Source: Acidobacteriota bacterium
GTDB lineage: Bacteria; Acidobacteriota; UBA6911; JACQSX01
Length of the DNA stretch: 22,992 bases
Direction: 5' to 3'
Assembly: GCA_036507075.1 (NCBI GenBank)
Contig: DASXQR010000149.1
Location: forward strand, 1 to 22,992
Both the position numbers and the translations under genes were made by a program. This document shows positions 7,039-15,208 of the stretch, one piece after another (position 1 is the first letter of the stretch; every line of letters begins with the position of its first letter). The notes beneath the pieces are model-generated. The model searched no databases, was not told the origin of the DNA, and saw only the letters and a program-made list of their open reading frames with translations.

Positions 7039-8024
7039 GCCAGAGTCCTCTTAGCCGCTTGAAGAATGGCTCGCTTTACGGCGACCTTAGCCAGTTGGAT
7101 CTTGTAGGCATTGTGTCCCAGGTCGCGGGCGCCTGTCACGGCAGCCTCACCTGCCGCCTTGGCCGAAGTCTCATCGAGCGATTTTCCCACCAGTGCCTGC
7201 TCGGCTTCCTGCGAGCGCCAGGGAACAGGCGCCACATGGCCCATTACCACCCGCGCCGATTGGACCTTGGCGCCCGACATTTTCAGCGCAACCGATGCCA
7301 AAGCCAGCGGCCAGTCAAAAGCATCCTTCTGGCGTACCTCGTAGGTGGCGCCACGCACGCCCCTGGCTGCGGGAACCATCACTTCAGTGACTACCTCCTG
7401 GGCTTGCAGCACATTTTCGCGATCGGAAGCCGATTTCGGAATTGAGTAGAACTCTTCGACGGGCAGATCGCGTTCACCACCGGGACCGAAAATACGAACC
7501 CTGGCATTCAATGCGATCAGTGCCGGAGCCAGACTGGACGGATGCACAAAGTAAGCAGGACCGGAATTCCCGAGAATCGCGTGGTAGCGGTTGTCGCCTT
7601 CCAGTACCAGAGACTTGCCATCTTTGCTCTGGCCCAGCAATCCGAATCCGTTGCGAAAGTACCAGCAGCGCGGGCGCTGGCACAGATTGCCGCCCACCGT
7701 CGCCATATGCCGAATCTGCGGGCCGGCAATCTCGGCGGCCGCCTGGGCCAGGCCTGGGTAGGCCTGACGCACCGCCGGGCTTTCGGCCAGTTCTTCGATG
7801 GTGACAAGCGCCCCGATCCTCAGACCGCCGCCTGCCGCGCGGATTCCTCCCAGCTCTTTGATCTCCTTGATGTTGACCAGACGCTTGGGGGCGACGATAT
7901 CGTCTTTCATCAGACTGAGAATATCCGTGCCGCCTGCCAGTATTTCCGCATCTCCCATCGTGCTGCTCAGCAGCGAAACGGCCTGCTGCTTGGTTGTGGC
8001 GCTGGCATACTCAAACGCTTGCAT
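7035..8024 (-). CDS. Xanthine dehydrogenase family FAD-binding subunit (PaoB/YagS-like)
   Basis: LAGGTD, IGALVT, QIRHMATVGGNLCQRPRCWYFR, HPS and VAPVPWR motifs; GGAGG ribosome-binding site. Confidence 0.95.
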   Translation of the reverse strand: MQAFEYASATTKQQAVSLLSSTMGDAEILAGGTDILSLMKDDIVAPKRLVNIKEIKELGGIRAAGGGLRIGALVTIEELAESPAVRQAYPGLAQAAAEIAGPQIRHMATVGGNLCQRPRCWYFRNGFGLLGQSKDGKSLVLEGDNRYHAILGNSGPAYFVHPSSLAPALIALNARVRIFGPGGERDLPVEEFYSIPKSASDRENVLQAQEVVTEVMVPAARGVRGATYEVRQKDAFDWPLALASVALKMSGAKVQSARVVMGHVAPVPWRSQEAEQALVGKSLDETSAKAAGEAAVTGARDLGHNAYKIQLAKVAVKRAILQAAKRTLA

Positions 8025-10152
8025 TGCTGCCTCCTTTCTGCTCCAGAGCTTTCAGTACCCGAGCAGGGGTAAACGGCATTGTGGAAACGCGCACGCCGAT
8101 GGCGTTGGCGATCGCATTGGAAATTACAGCGCCCGGTGAAACCACCGGCGGTTCGCCCAGACCGATCACGCCACGGTCGTCGTAACCGGGACCGGTCATC
8201 ATGTGAACCACCAGCTCGCCAATATCTCCGCTGCCCGCCAGCCTGTAGAACTCCATGTTCGGGTTAAGCATCAGACCGGTGTTCTGGTCCATTACCTTTT
8301 CCTCGTAAAGAGCGTAGGAAATGCCCATGATCAAGGCTCCATAGCACTGGCTTTCCGCGAGCTTGCGATTGATGATCAAACCGCAATCCTGCACGGCCAC
8401 CATCTTGTTGATCCTGACGATCCCGGTTTCGGTATCCACCGAGACGTCGGCCATCTGGATGCCTCCCACGCCGCTGTTTGTCAGATCGCTCTGATTTCGA
8501 AGCTGCTTGCCGCGCACTGTCAGGGGCATGCCACCCAGCTTTGAGCAGGCCTGCTTCCATGTCAGGCTTCGCGCCGGAGTTCCGGCTACGCGAATGGTGC
8601 CGCCAACGGCTTCGAGTTCTTCCGGCTTGGCGTTCAAAACGGGAGCGACTCTGGCGAAGAGCTGGTCGCGCGCGTCAACCGCCGCGCGACGGGTCGAGGA
8701 GCTGATGCCGCCGATGGTCGTGCTCCCTCCGGAAGCCCCGGATGCCGGATAGTCGTTGTCACCAATGCGAACTGTGATCGCGTTGAGCGGAAGGCCAAGC
8801 GTGTCTGCCGCTACAATAGCCAGGGCGGTGCGCGTTCCGACTCCAAGATCCTGCGTTCCCATTTTTACTTCCACGGAGCCGTCCGGCTGAATCGTCAAAT
8901 CGCAATTGCTCTCGTGTCCTGCGCCGCCCCACGTGTGCAGCGATAATCCCATGCCGCGCTTGATCGGCCCGGCAGTCTTGTCGCCTCTCGGATGCCAGTT
9001 TTTCTTCCACTGAATCAGCTCCGCGCCCTTGAGAAGCTCTTCTCGATAGTTCTCTGCGCGCTGGCCGGTCATCTCGATATTCTTGAGAAAGAAATCGAGA
9101 GGATCCATGTTTAACTGTGCCGCCAAATCCTCGAGAGCCGCCATCGTAATCAGGCAACCCTGCGGATGGTTGGGCGCGCGCCAGGCGCGCGTGGGTCCGA
9201 CATTGGTGGCAATTGCCGTGTGGTGTTTCTTGTGGTTGGGGAAGACAAAAACATACGGCAGCGGGGGCTGGCCGCCGCCGCTCGGTCCGCCAGAACCCCA
9301 CGATTCGGATTGCCATGCGGTCAGAGTGCCATCTTTTTTGGCCGCCACTTTCACCCTCGCGTAGGCCGAAGGCCGGGATCCTGCCACCGCCTGCTCAGCG
9401 TTTCTTTCCAGCATGATCTTTACCGGCTTGCCGCCGGCCATCTTGGAGATAAGCGCGGTTTCGATTCCCCAGCGGTCGGGACCGAACTTGCTGCCGAAAC
9501 CTCCACCGATGTGATCCATCTTCAAATGAATGTCGGTTGCGGGAACCTTCAGCGGCCCGGCCATCTGGCCTGCGACTCCAGATACGTTCTGCGTAGAAAT
9601 GTGCACCAGCAGTTTGTCTCCCTGCCATTCTGAAATGGAGCCGTGGGTTTCCAGGCAGCAGTGTGTCATTACGTTAGAGCCGTAAAGTCCTTCACTAACG
9701 ACACCGGCTTCCTTAAAGGCTTTCTCCGGATCTCCCTTCGTTTCCTCAACGGGAGTTTTCGCCTCCGGAACCTTCGGGTTGGTGTCAATCACTTGATGAG
9801 GCAGGCGCTCGTATTCGACTTTGATGGCGCGGATGGCGTCTTCGGCGGTCGGTTCATCGACTGCCGCCACTGCCGCAATTTCATCGCCGGCCCAGAGAAT
9901 CTCTTTGCCGGGGCCCTGAATTATCTTTACCGCCATCACGCCGGCCATTTTTTCAGCCGCGCTGGTATCGATGCTGACAATTTTGGCATGCGCGTGGGGA
10001 GATCGCAGGATCTTCCCGTAGAGCATCCCCGGTCGCTTGATGTCATAGGTGTACTTCGCTCTCCCGGAGACCTTGTCGGGTCCATCCAGTCGGGTGATGC
10101 GTTTTCCAATCAGCGTTCGTTTTGCCGCTTCCGGCCATTTATAATCAGGCAT
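8011..10152 (-). CDS. Xanthine dehydrogenase family molybdopterin-binding subunit (PaoC/YagR-like)
   Basis: RLDGPDKVSGRAKYTYD, LRSPHAHAKI, GGGFGSK, WRAP, QDLGVGT, SGGS, DCGLIIN and GLGEPP (catalytic Glu). Confidence 0.96.
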   Translation of the reverse strand: MPDYKWPEAAKRTLIGKRITRLDGPDKVSGRAKYTYDIKRPGMLYGKILRSPHAHAKIVSIDTSAAEKMAGVMAVKIIQGPGKEILWAGDEIAAVAAVDEPTAEDAIRAIKVEYERLPHQVIDTNPKVPEAKTPVEETKGDPEKAFKEAGVVSEGLYGSNVMTHCCLETHGSISEWQGDKLLVHISTQNVSGVAGQMAGPLKVPATDIHLKMDHIGGGFGSKFGPDRWGIETALISKMAGGKPVKIMLERNAEQAVAGSRPSAYARVKVAAKKDGTLTAWQSESWGSGGPSGGGQPPLPYVFVFPNHKKHHTAIATNVGPTRAWRAPNHPQGCLITMAALEDLAAQLNMDPLDFFLKNIEMTGQRAENYREELLKGAELIQWKKNWHPRGDKTAGPIKRGMGLSLHTWGGAGHESNCDLTIQPDGSVEVKMGTQDLGVGTRTALAIVAADTLGLPLNAITVRIGDNDYPASGASGGSTTIGGISSSTRRAAVDARDQLFARVAPVLNAKPEELEAVGGTIRVAGTPARSLTWKQACSKLGGMPLTVRGKQLRNQSDLTNSGVGGIQMADVSVDTETGIVRINKMVAVQDCGLIINRKLAESQCYGALIMGISYALYEEKVMDQNTGLMLNPNMEFYRLAGSGDIGELVVHMMTGPGYDDRGVIGLGEPPVVSPGAVISNAIANAIGVRVSTMPFTPARVLKALEQKGGSNASV

Positions 10153-10771
10153 TTCGACGCCCTCCTTTCGCCACTTCCAGAACTGCTGCTTTCAGACCCA
10201 CGTAGGTGCCGCAGCGACAGAGGTTGCCGCTCAGGCCGCGGTGAATCTGCTCGCGGGAAGGATTGGGATGTTTGTCCAGCAATGCCTTGCAGGCCACCGC
10301 AAATCCGGGCGTGCAGAAGCCGCACTGCTGACCGTCATTGTCTACAATGGCCTGCTGCACGGGATGAAGCCGGCTGCCGGTGGAGAGTCCCTCGACGGTG
10401 GTGATGGATTTGCCCTGCGCCTCAATGGCCAGAATCGAGCAGGCGTAGACAGTCTTGCCGTTCATGATAACCGTGCAGGCGCCGCAACTGGCTCGATCGC
10501 ACACGCGTTTGGCGCCCGTCAACTCGAACTCATGACGCAAGGCCTCCAATAACGTTACGCGGGGTTCCACTTGTATGCTGAGTTTTTTATTGTTTACCAG
10601 AAGCGAGATGGGTGTCTTACCGGGACCATAGATCTGCGCCCCGGCATCAGCGGGCTTTGGGGCGCCCTCCAGGACCAGAGGAACAGAGAGGGTAACGCTC
10701 GAAGCTTTCAGAAAATCTCGACGCGAGACTCCCCGGCTCTGCTTCGGTTTTTCGCCGTTATCAGGCATCAT
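10145..10771 (-). CDS. Tat-exported 2x[2Fe-2S] subunit (PaoA/YagT-like)
   Basis: SRRDFLK twin-arginine motif; CDRASCGAC...C, QCGFC and NLCRC; AAGGAGG ribosome-binding site. Confidence 0.96.
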   Translation of the reverse strand: MMPDNGEKPKQSRGVSRRDFLKASSVTLSVPLVLEGAPKPADAGAQIYGPGKTPISLLVNNKKLSIQVEPRVTLLEALRHEFELTGAKRVCDRASCGACTVIMNGKTVYACSILAIEAQGKSITTVEGLSTGSRLHPVQQAIVDNDGQQCGFCTPGFAVACKALLDKHPNPSREQIHRGLSGNLCRCGTYVGLKAAVLEVAKGGRRNA

Positions 10772-10794
10772 GGCCTCCTTAATTTAAGAGTCTG

Positions 10795-10860
10795 AAAGTC
10801 GAAGGTCATGGAGTTTCGACCTTCGGCTTTCGACCTTTGACTTTCGACCTTTCGACCTTA
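10795..10860. repeat. (TTCGACC/TTTCGACC) 7-8-mer tandem array with a short inverted arm (AAAGTCGAAGGTC)
   Basis: Visible tandem units; abuts the stop codon at 10858. Confidence 0.8.
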
Positions 10861-11313
10861 AGACTTTTCTACCGGCGTTTCCCTGAATTCCATTTCCCGT
10901 CGGCAGCAGGGACACAGGCCGGGCGCATACGCCGTGATATTGCACACTTCACAGAAATAATAAAGATCGAAAATTCTGTCCTGGCGCACAGAATAAACCT
11001 TGATGATCTCAAGATGGTCTTCCGGGCGCCGCCGCGCACTGACCTGCAGCTCGCGTTCACGCACGCGGGGGTCAGTAAGAATGGCAGTGGAAGGGTCTTC
11101 CTTCAAAAAACGATAGATCTTTCCTTCGGATGTCTGCAGCACAAACTGCTCGGCTGAAGAGCTGCACGGCTCCGGCTGGCGGGTCCCGTTGACGCACAGC
11201 GCGCGCCCTCGGACGGTGACTTCCTGAGGCCTTTTATCCGACCCCGGGAAAACGAACAAGGGAACGGCCGACAACACCATCAGCAGACCACCAAAGAGAA
11301 TTCGCAGCCGCAT
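10858..11313 (-). CDS. Exported hypothetical protein with C-terminal CxxC-x9-CPCC metal-binding motif
   Basis: N-terminal hydrophobic signal; beta-rich middle; YYFCEVCNITAYAPGLCPCCRREM. Confidence 0.85.
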   Translation of the reverse strand: MRLRILFGGLLMVLSAVPLFVFPGSDKRPQEVTVRGRALCVNGTRQPEPCSSSAEQFVLQTSEGKIYRFLKEDPSTAILTDPRVRERELQVSARRRPEDHLEIIKVYSVRQDRIFDLYYFCEVCNITAYAPGLCPCCRREMEFRETPVEKS

Positions 11314-11370
11314 AATCGGAACTAGGAAGAAAAAATAGTTTATACGTTTCTGTTTTGATTGTCGACTTTT

Positions 11371-11640
11371 TGGTTGTTGGTCAGTTGTCAGTTGTCCGTG
11401 GTCGGGTTGCGGGTTATCGGGTTACGAGTTTTTGGGTTAGAGATGGAAAATTCAAAATTAATTGAAAATGCGTTCAATTTTGAATTTCGAATTCTTCAGT
11501 TCGACAATCCATAACTCGGAACTCGCAAAACTCCGCCAACCCGTAGCCCGCCAACCCGTTAACTCGCAACCAACCACTGACAACCGACAATGGACCACGG
11601 ACAACGGACTATGGGCTATGGGCTATGGACTACTGACTGC
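11371..11640. repeat. Three-layer nested inverted tandem-repeat array
   Basis: Outer TCAGTTG/TCCGTGG vs CAACGGA/CTATGGG; middle GGGTTRC vs AACCCG/AACTCG; inner AAATTCAAAATT vs AATTTTGAATTT. Confidence 0.85.
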
Positions 11641-12753
11641 CGTCGTGCGCCTCAGCTCGTTGCTGGTCAGAGACTTGAGAAACGCGATCATATCGTCCTG
11701 GTCTGCGGGCGTCAGTTGAATCGGCTGCAGGTCCCAGTCACGGCGAACATTGCTGTGGCTGACGCGAACGTAAAACTGAACCACGTCTTTCAGAGTCGCG
11801 GCGCTGCCGTCATGAAAATACGGAGCGGTAAGCTCGACGTTTCGCAGAGAAGGCGTCTTAAAAGCCCCGATGTCGAGCGAATTGCGCGTGACCAGGAAAC
11901 GTCCCAGCGCAGGGGCTGATTTTTCGCGAGCCAGCTCGGCAAAAGCGCCGGCAGGAAGCTCTCTTCGAATGATTCCGGAAGCACGGCGCGCCAGCATGTC
12001 AAAGGCGGGGTCCGCCGAGCTGGTCCCGGTATTTCTGTATATATGATCGGTGAACAAGGGCAGCGAGCTGTTGAGGCTGTGGCACACGCTACAGCGCGCT
12101 CTCCCGCGAAACATAGCCAGGCCTCGCTGTTCCTGATCGCCGAGAGCGGTCGTCTGGCCGGCAAGAAACTGGTCGAAGCGTGATGTGCCGGAAACCAACG
12201 TCCGTTCAAAAGCTGCGATCGATTTGGCCAGACTTTCGATCGTCGGCGGGGCGCCAAAGACACGGCCGAACGCCTGTGAGTACTCGGATATTCCCCGCAG
12301 CCGGAGCACCACCTGGCGCTGCGACGCATTTCCCATCTCGGCTGCCTCGGTCAGAGGCATGATTGCCTGTGACTCCAGAGTATCGGCCCGCCCGTCTCTA
12401 AACTGGCTGGTATCAAAAACCGTGTCCAGGAGCGTAGGGGCATTTCTAACCCCGCGTTTTCCCATGACGCCTACAGACACGGTCTTTCCATCAGTGAAGG
12501 CAAGCTGAGGATCATGGCATGTAGCGCAACTGACGCTGCCATCCACGGAAAGCCGTTTGTCGAAGAATAATCGCCTCCCCAATTCCACCTTTTCGGCGGT
12601 CATGGGGTTCTCCCTGGGAACAAAATATGCCCACACATCGGATGGAACCCAGGAGGGAAGCTGGATTTTGAATCTGGATGGATCCTCCGAATCAGCCGCG
12701 CCCAGTGCTGCGACGGCAAAAACGGAAATCAGAAGCAGGTAACGGGCCCGCAT
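11623..12753 (-). CDS. Di-haem cytochrome c peroxidase/MauG family protein (start moved to ATG 12753)
   Basis: Signal peptide; LGRRLFFDKRLS, CATCH, RNAPT, CSVCH and FKTPSLRNVELTAPYFHDGS. Confidence 0.93.
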   Translation of the reverse strand: MRARYLLLISVFAVAALGAADSEDPSRFKIQLPSWVPSDVWAYFVPRENPMTAEKVELGRRLFFDKRLSVDGSVSCATCHDPQLAFTDGKTVSVGVMGKRGVRNAPTLLDTVFDTSQFRDGRADTLESQAIMPLTEAAEMGNASQRQVVLRLRGISEYSQAFGRVFGAPPTIESLAKSIAAFERTLVSGTSRFDQFLAGQTTALGDQEQRGLAMFRGRARCSVCHSLNSSLPLFTDHIYRNTGTSSADPAFDMLARRASGIIRRELPAGAFAELAREKSAPALGRFLVTRNSLDIGAFKTPSLRNVELTAPYFHDGSAATLKDVVQFYVRVSHSNVRRDWDLQPIQLTPADQDDMIAFLKSLTSNELRRTTAVSSP

Positions 12754-12803
12754 GCGTAAAGCATACAAGTGACAAGTGGGAAGGGGCAAGAGTTACCAGT
12801 TTC

Positions 12804-13028
12804 TAGTCCGTGGTCCGTAGTCAGTTGTCCGTCGTCGGTGCAAAAAATCAGTACCGCGCCCGTTAGGGCGCGCGGGAAGAATCTAACGGGATGCTTCGCG
12901 GTCTTTCTAAATTGTAACCGTTTTACAGCTTTCTTTGAGCGCCGAGGAGCCGACGAACTTCTCCCCGCGCGCCCTAACGGGCGCGGTACTGATTTTTCTG
13001 CGGCCAACGGACAACCGACCACGGACTA
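12804..13028. repeat. Nested element: heptamer arms enclosing a REP-like doublet (34-bp perfect inverted repeat)
   Basis: 12843-12876 AAAAATCAGTACCGCGCCCGTTAGGGCGCGCGGG is the exact reverse complement of 12964-12997; outer TAGTCCGTGGTC vs GACCACGGACTA. Confidence 0.88.
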
Positions 13029-14510
13029 AGGTGTTGGCTTGCCCAGGCGAGGCTTCTGGCGCAGTTCGGGTGGCTCGCGAAGTTCCGGGTCGTCGCACTC
13101 TTTATCGATCCGTTTCTTGGTGAGGCTGGGGGCATTGGCCGGCTTCTTCTTCTTGGCCACTTCCAATGTCTGCTTCAGATGTTCCTGAGCTTTGTGGAAA
13201 TCGGGGGTGTCGTACTCGTATTCGGCGCGCGGCGGCAGAAAGTTGATTTCACGGAAAGAATGAATGATTCTTTCGGCGAAAGCCGGATGGGTGCGGAAGA
13301 AGCTGGTACTTCGCACGTAGCCTTTTTCGCTTGCCATCTTGTCAAAGAAGGTGATGAACCCTTTCGGATCGTAGCCCGCCTTCCACAGGTACTGCACACC
13401 AAGCTGGTCGGCTTCGAGTTCGTAGTCGCGGCTGACGCCCAGCAATGTCAGGCTGATCGCCAGACCCAGGCCGTAGAAGCCGTACTGCAGCGCGTAGTAG
13501 GCGAGCAGACTGCTGATTGCGCCGCCTGTGAAAATCATGGCGGCAAGCTGCAGACCCTGATAAAACGCGCCGGCAATGTTTGCCTTCTTCATCAATCGTG
13601 CCGAGTGACGCGCCGTTACGTGCGCGATCTCATGCGCCATGACGCCGGCGAGCTCGGATTCGTTCTCGGCTTTCATGATCAGGCCGCTGTTGATGTAAAG
13701 AAGCCCGCCGGGAAGGGCGAACGCGTTGATTTCCTCATTGTTCAGCAACGTTACTCTCAACGGCACTTTCAGATCTGAGTTCAGGCTCAATTTCTGGCCT
13801 AGAGCATTGACGTAATCAAGCGTCTCCTTGTCGTCGAGTTCCGGCGGCATCATCCCGTACTGTTTCATTTCCTTTACGGCTTCCTGTCCACGCTTGACGT
13901 CGCTTTCCTGTCCTTCACGGATGGCGCGGACGCCGATATCTTCCACGTTGCCGTACTCTCGCTGGCGCGCCGCGCCGTTCTGGATCTGCGCCTGGATCTG
14001 GCGTTCTTCAGCAGGCCAGCGCAGCGCCAGTTCCAGCTTTGCGATCTTATTTTCGTACTCGACCTGGGTGGTTGTCTCGCGCTTGATCTTTAAGTCGGTG
14101 ATGTCTTTGCGCGTTTTAAGAATGCTGCAGTGCAGCTCTCTTCGCTGGTCGGCCATCTGCTGGGTGTCGCGCGACGACTGCTTGTTCAGCGCATCGAGCT
14201 GTTTTGTCAGTGATTTTTCCTGCCCTTCCAGGGCCTTGATCTGGTCTTTCAACTGCTCGCGCTGGGCGTCCTTCTCCGCCTCAAGCTTTTTCTTCATCTC
14301 CTCAAACTGTGATTGCGATATGGATATTCGATCCGCATGCTCCAGGATCTCCAGATACGACATCTCTGTCACTTTCTGAAGATCTATTTTCGAGTCGGCT
14401 GTGGTCTTGATTTCCTGAGCCAGGCCAAAGGGAAACAGCAGATAAAAAACGAGATAAAAAGCGGTGATACCTCGGAGGGACTTGTTCTTAACTATGTTGT
14501 TGACAGTCAT
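13026..14510 (-). CDS. M48 family zinc metalloprotease with N-terminal signal and long coiled coil
   Basis: INAFALPGG, ELAGVMAHEIAHV (HExxH), EADQLG, GYDP and THP motifs; E/K/Q/L-rich helical N-terminal half. Confidence 0.93.
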   Translation of the reverse strand: MTVNNIVKNKSLRGITAFYLVFYLLFPFGLAQEIKTTADSKIDLQKVTEMSYLEILEHADRISISQSQFEEMKKKLEAEKDAQREQLKDQIKALEGQEKSLTKQLDALNKQSSRDTQQMADQRRELHCSILKTRKDITDLKIKRETTTQVEYENKIAKLELALRWPAEERQIQAQIQNGAARQREYGNVEDIGVRAIREGQESDVKRGQEAVKEMKQYGMMPPELDDKETLDYVNALGQKLSLNSDLKVPLRVTLLNNEEINAFALPGGLLYINSGLIMKAENESELAGVMAHEIAHVTARHSARLMKKANIAGAFYQGLQLAAMIFTGGAISSLLAYYALQYGFYGLGLAISLTLLGVSRDYELEADQLGVQYLWKAGYDPKGFITFFDKMASEKGYVRSTSFFRTHPAFAERIIHSFREINFLPPRAEYEYDTPDFHKAQEHLKQTLEVAKKKKPANAPSLTKKRIDKECDDPELREPPELRQKPRLGKPTP

Positions 14511-14584
14511 TTTTTTGACCTTTGCAAGGCGGACTACACCCGCAGTTACGATACCTTAGAGTGAAAATCGGGCCCAAGGTTTCA

Positions 14585-15096
14585 AAAGACTTCACCACAG
14601 AGGCGCAGTGCTAGCGACACTGAGACCTCGTCCGTCAGAAACGTGAACGTGGACGTTGACGTTGACGTACGGCCACGTGCACGTCAATGTCCACGGAACA
14701 CGTCCAAGCTGCTTGAGAGATTTAGAGCTTAATCATTTTGGTAAACATCGACAGGATGCGTTCGAGGAGTTGCCTCCTGGCATCCCTAACCGTGTTTCAG
14801 GCAAACTTGCGAGGTTTTCTTCGTTAGCGTGGACGTGGTCGTTGACGTCTATCGTTGACGTTTGTCGTGCACGTGCACGTGACCGTCCTCGGCTTTTTCT
14901 CTGGTTGCGGCCTACGACCGGGCTGTACTACTAACCATGAGAATTTTCGCGGCCCGCGCAAATTATTCGGGAGCGGAGAGACGGCCTGAGGGCCGTCTCA
15001 GCTTGGCAGAACACCGCAGAGAGACGGCCCTCAGGCCGTCTCTCCTTGACTTTTGGTTGCGGCTTCGCCGCGCTAAGCCTCTGTGGTGAAGTCTTT
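14585..15096. mobile_element. Non-coding MITE-like composite with 20-bp perfect terminal inverted repeats containing further nested repeats
   Basis: AAAGACTTCACCACAGAGGC (14585-14604) vs GCCTCTGTGGTGAAGTCTTT (15077-15096). Inside: ACGT-core hexamer arrays, two GGTTGCGGC motifs and a 25-bp perfect IR (14975-14999 vs 15021-15045). Mobility is inferred. Confidence 0.65.
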
Positions 15097-15208
15097 CCCC
15101 GAATGGCAGCTAAACCAGATCACTACTCCCAAGCAAACCCCATTTACATGCTCTCGCTTTTGAGGGAAGATAACAAGAAAGCTGGGGCTGGAGGTAACCC
15201 TGAGATCC

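Noticed and set aside
8011..10152. CO dehydrogenase CoxL or true xanthine dehydrogenase
   Set aside because: The active-site loop AWRAPNHPQG lacks the CoxL CSFR and XDH FRGFG signatures.
11462..11719. ORFs across repeat arrays (also 2766-2960, 12729-13029, 14656-14934, 22710-22985)
   Set aside because: Low-complexity translations of non-coding repeats or antisense to real genes.
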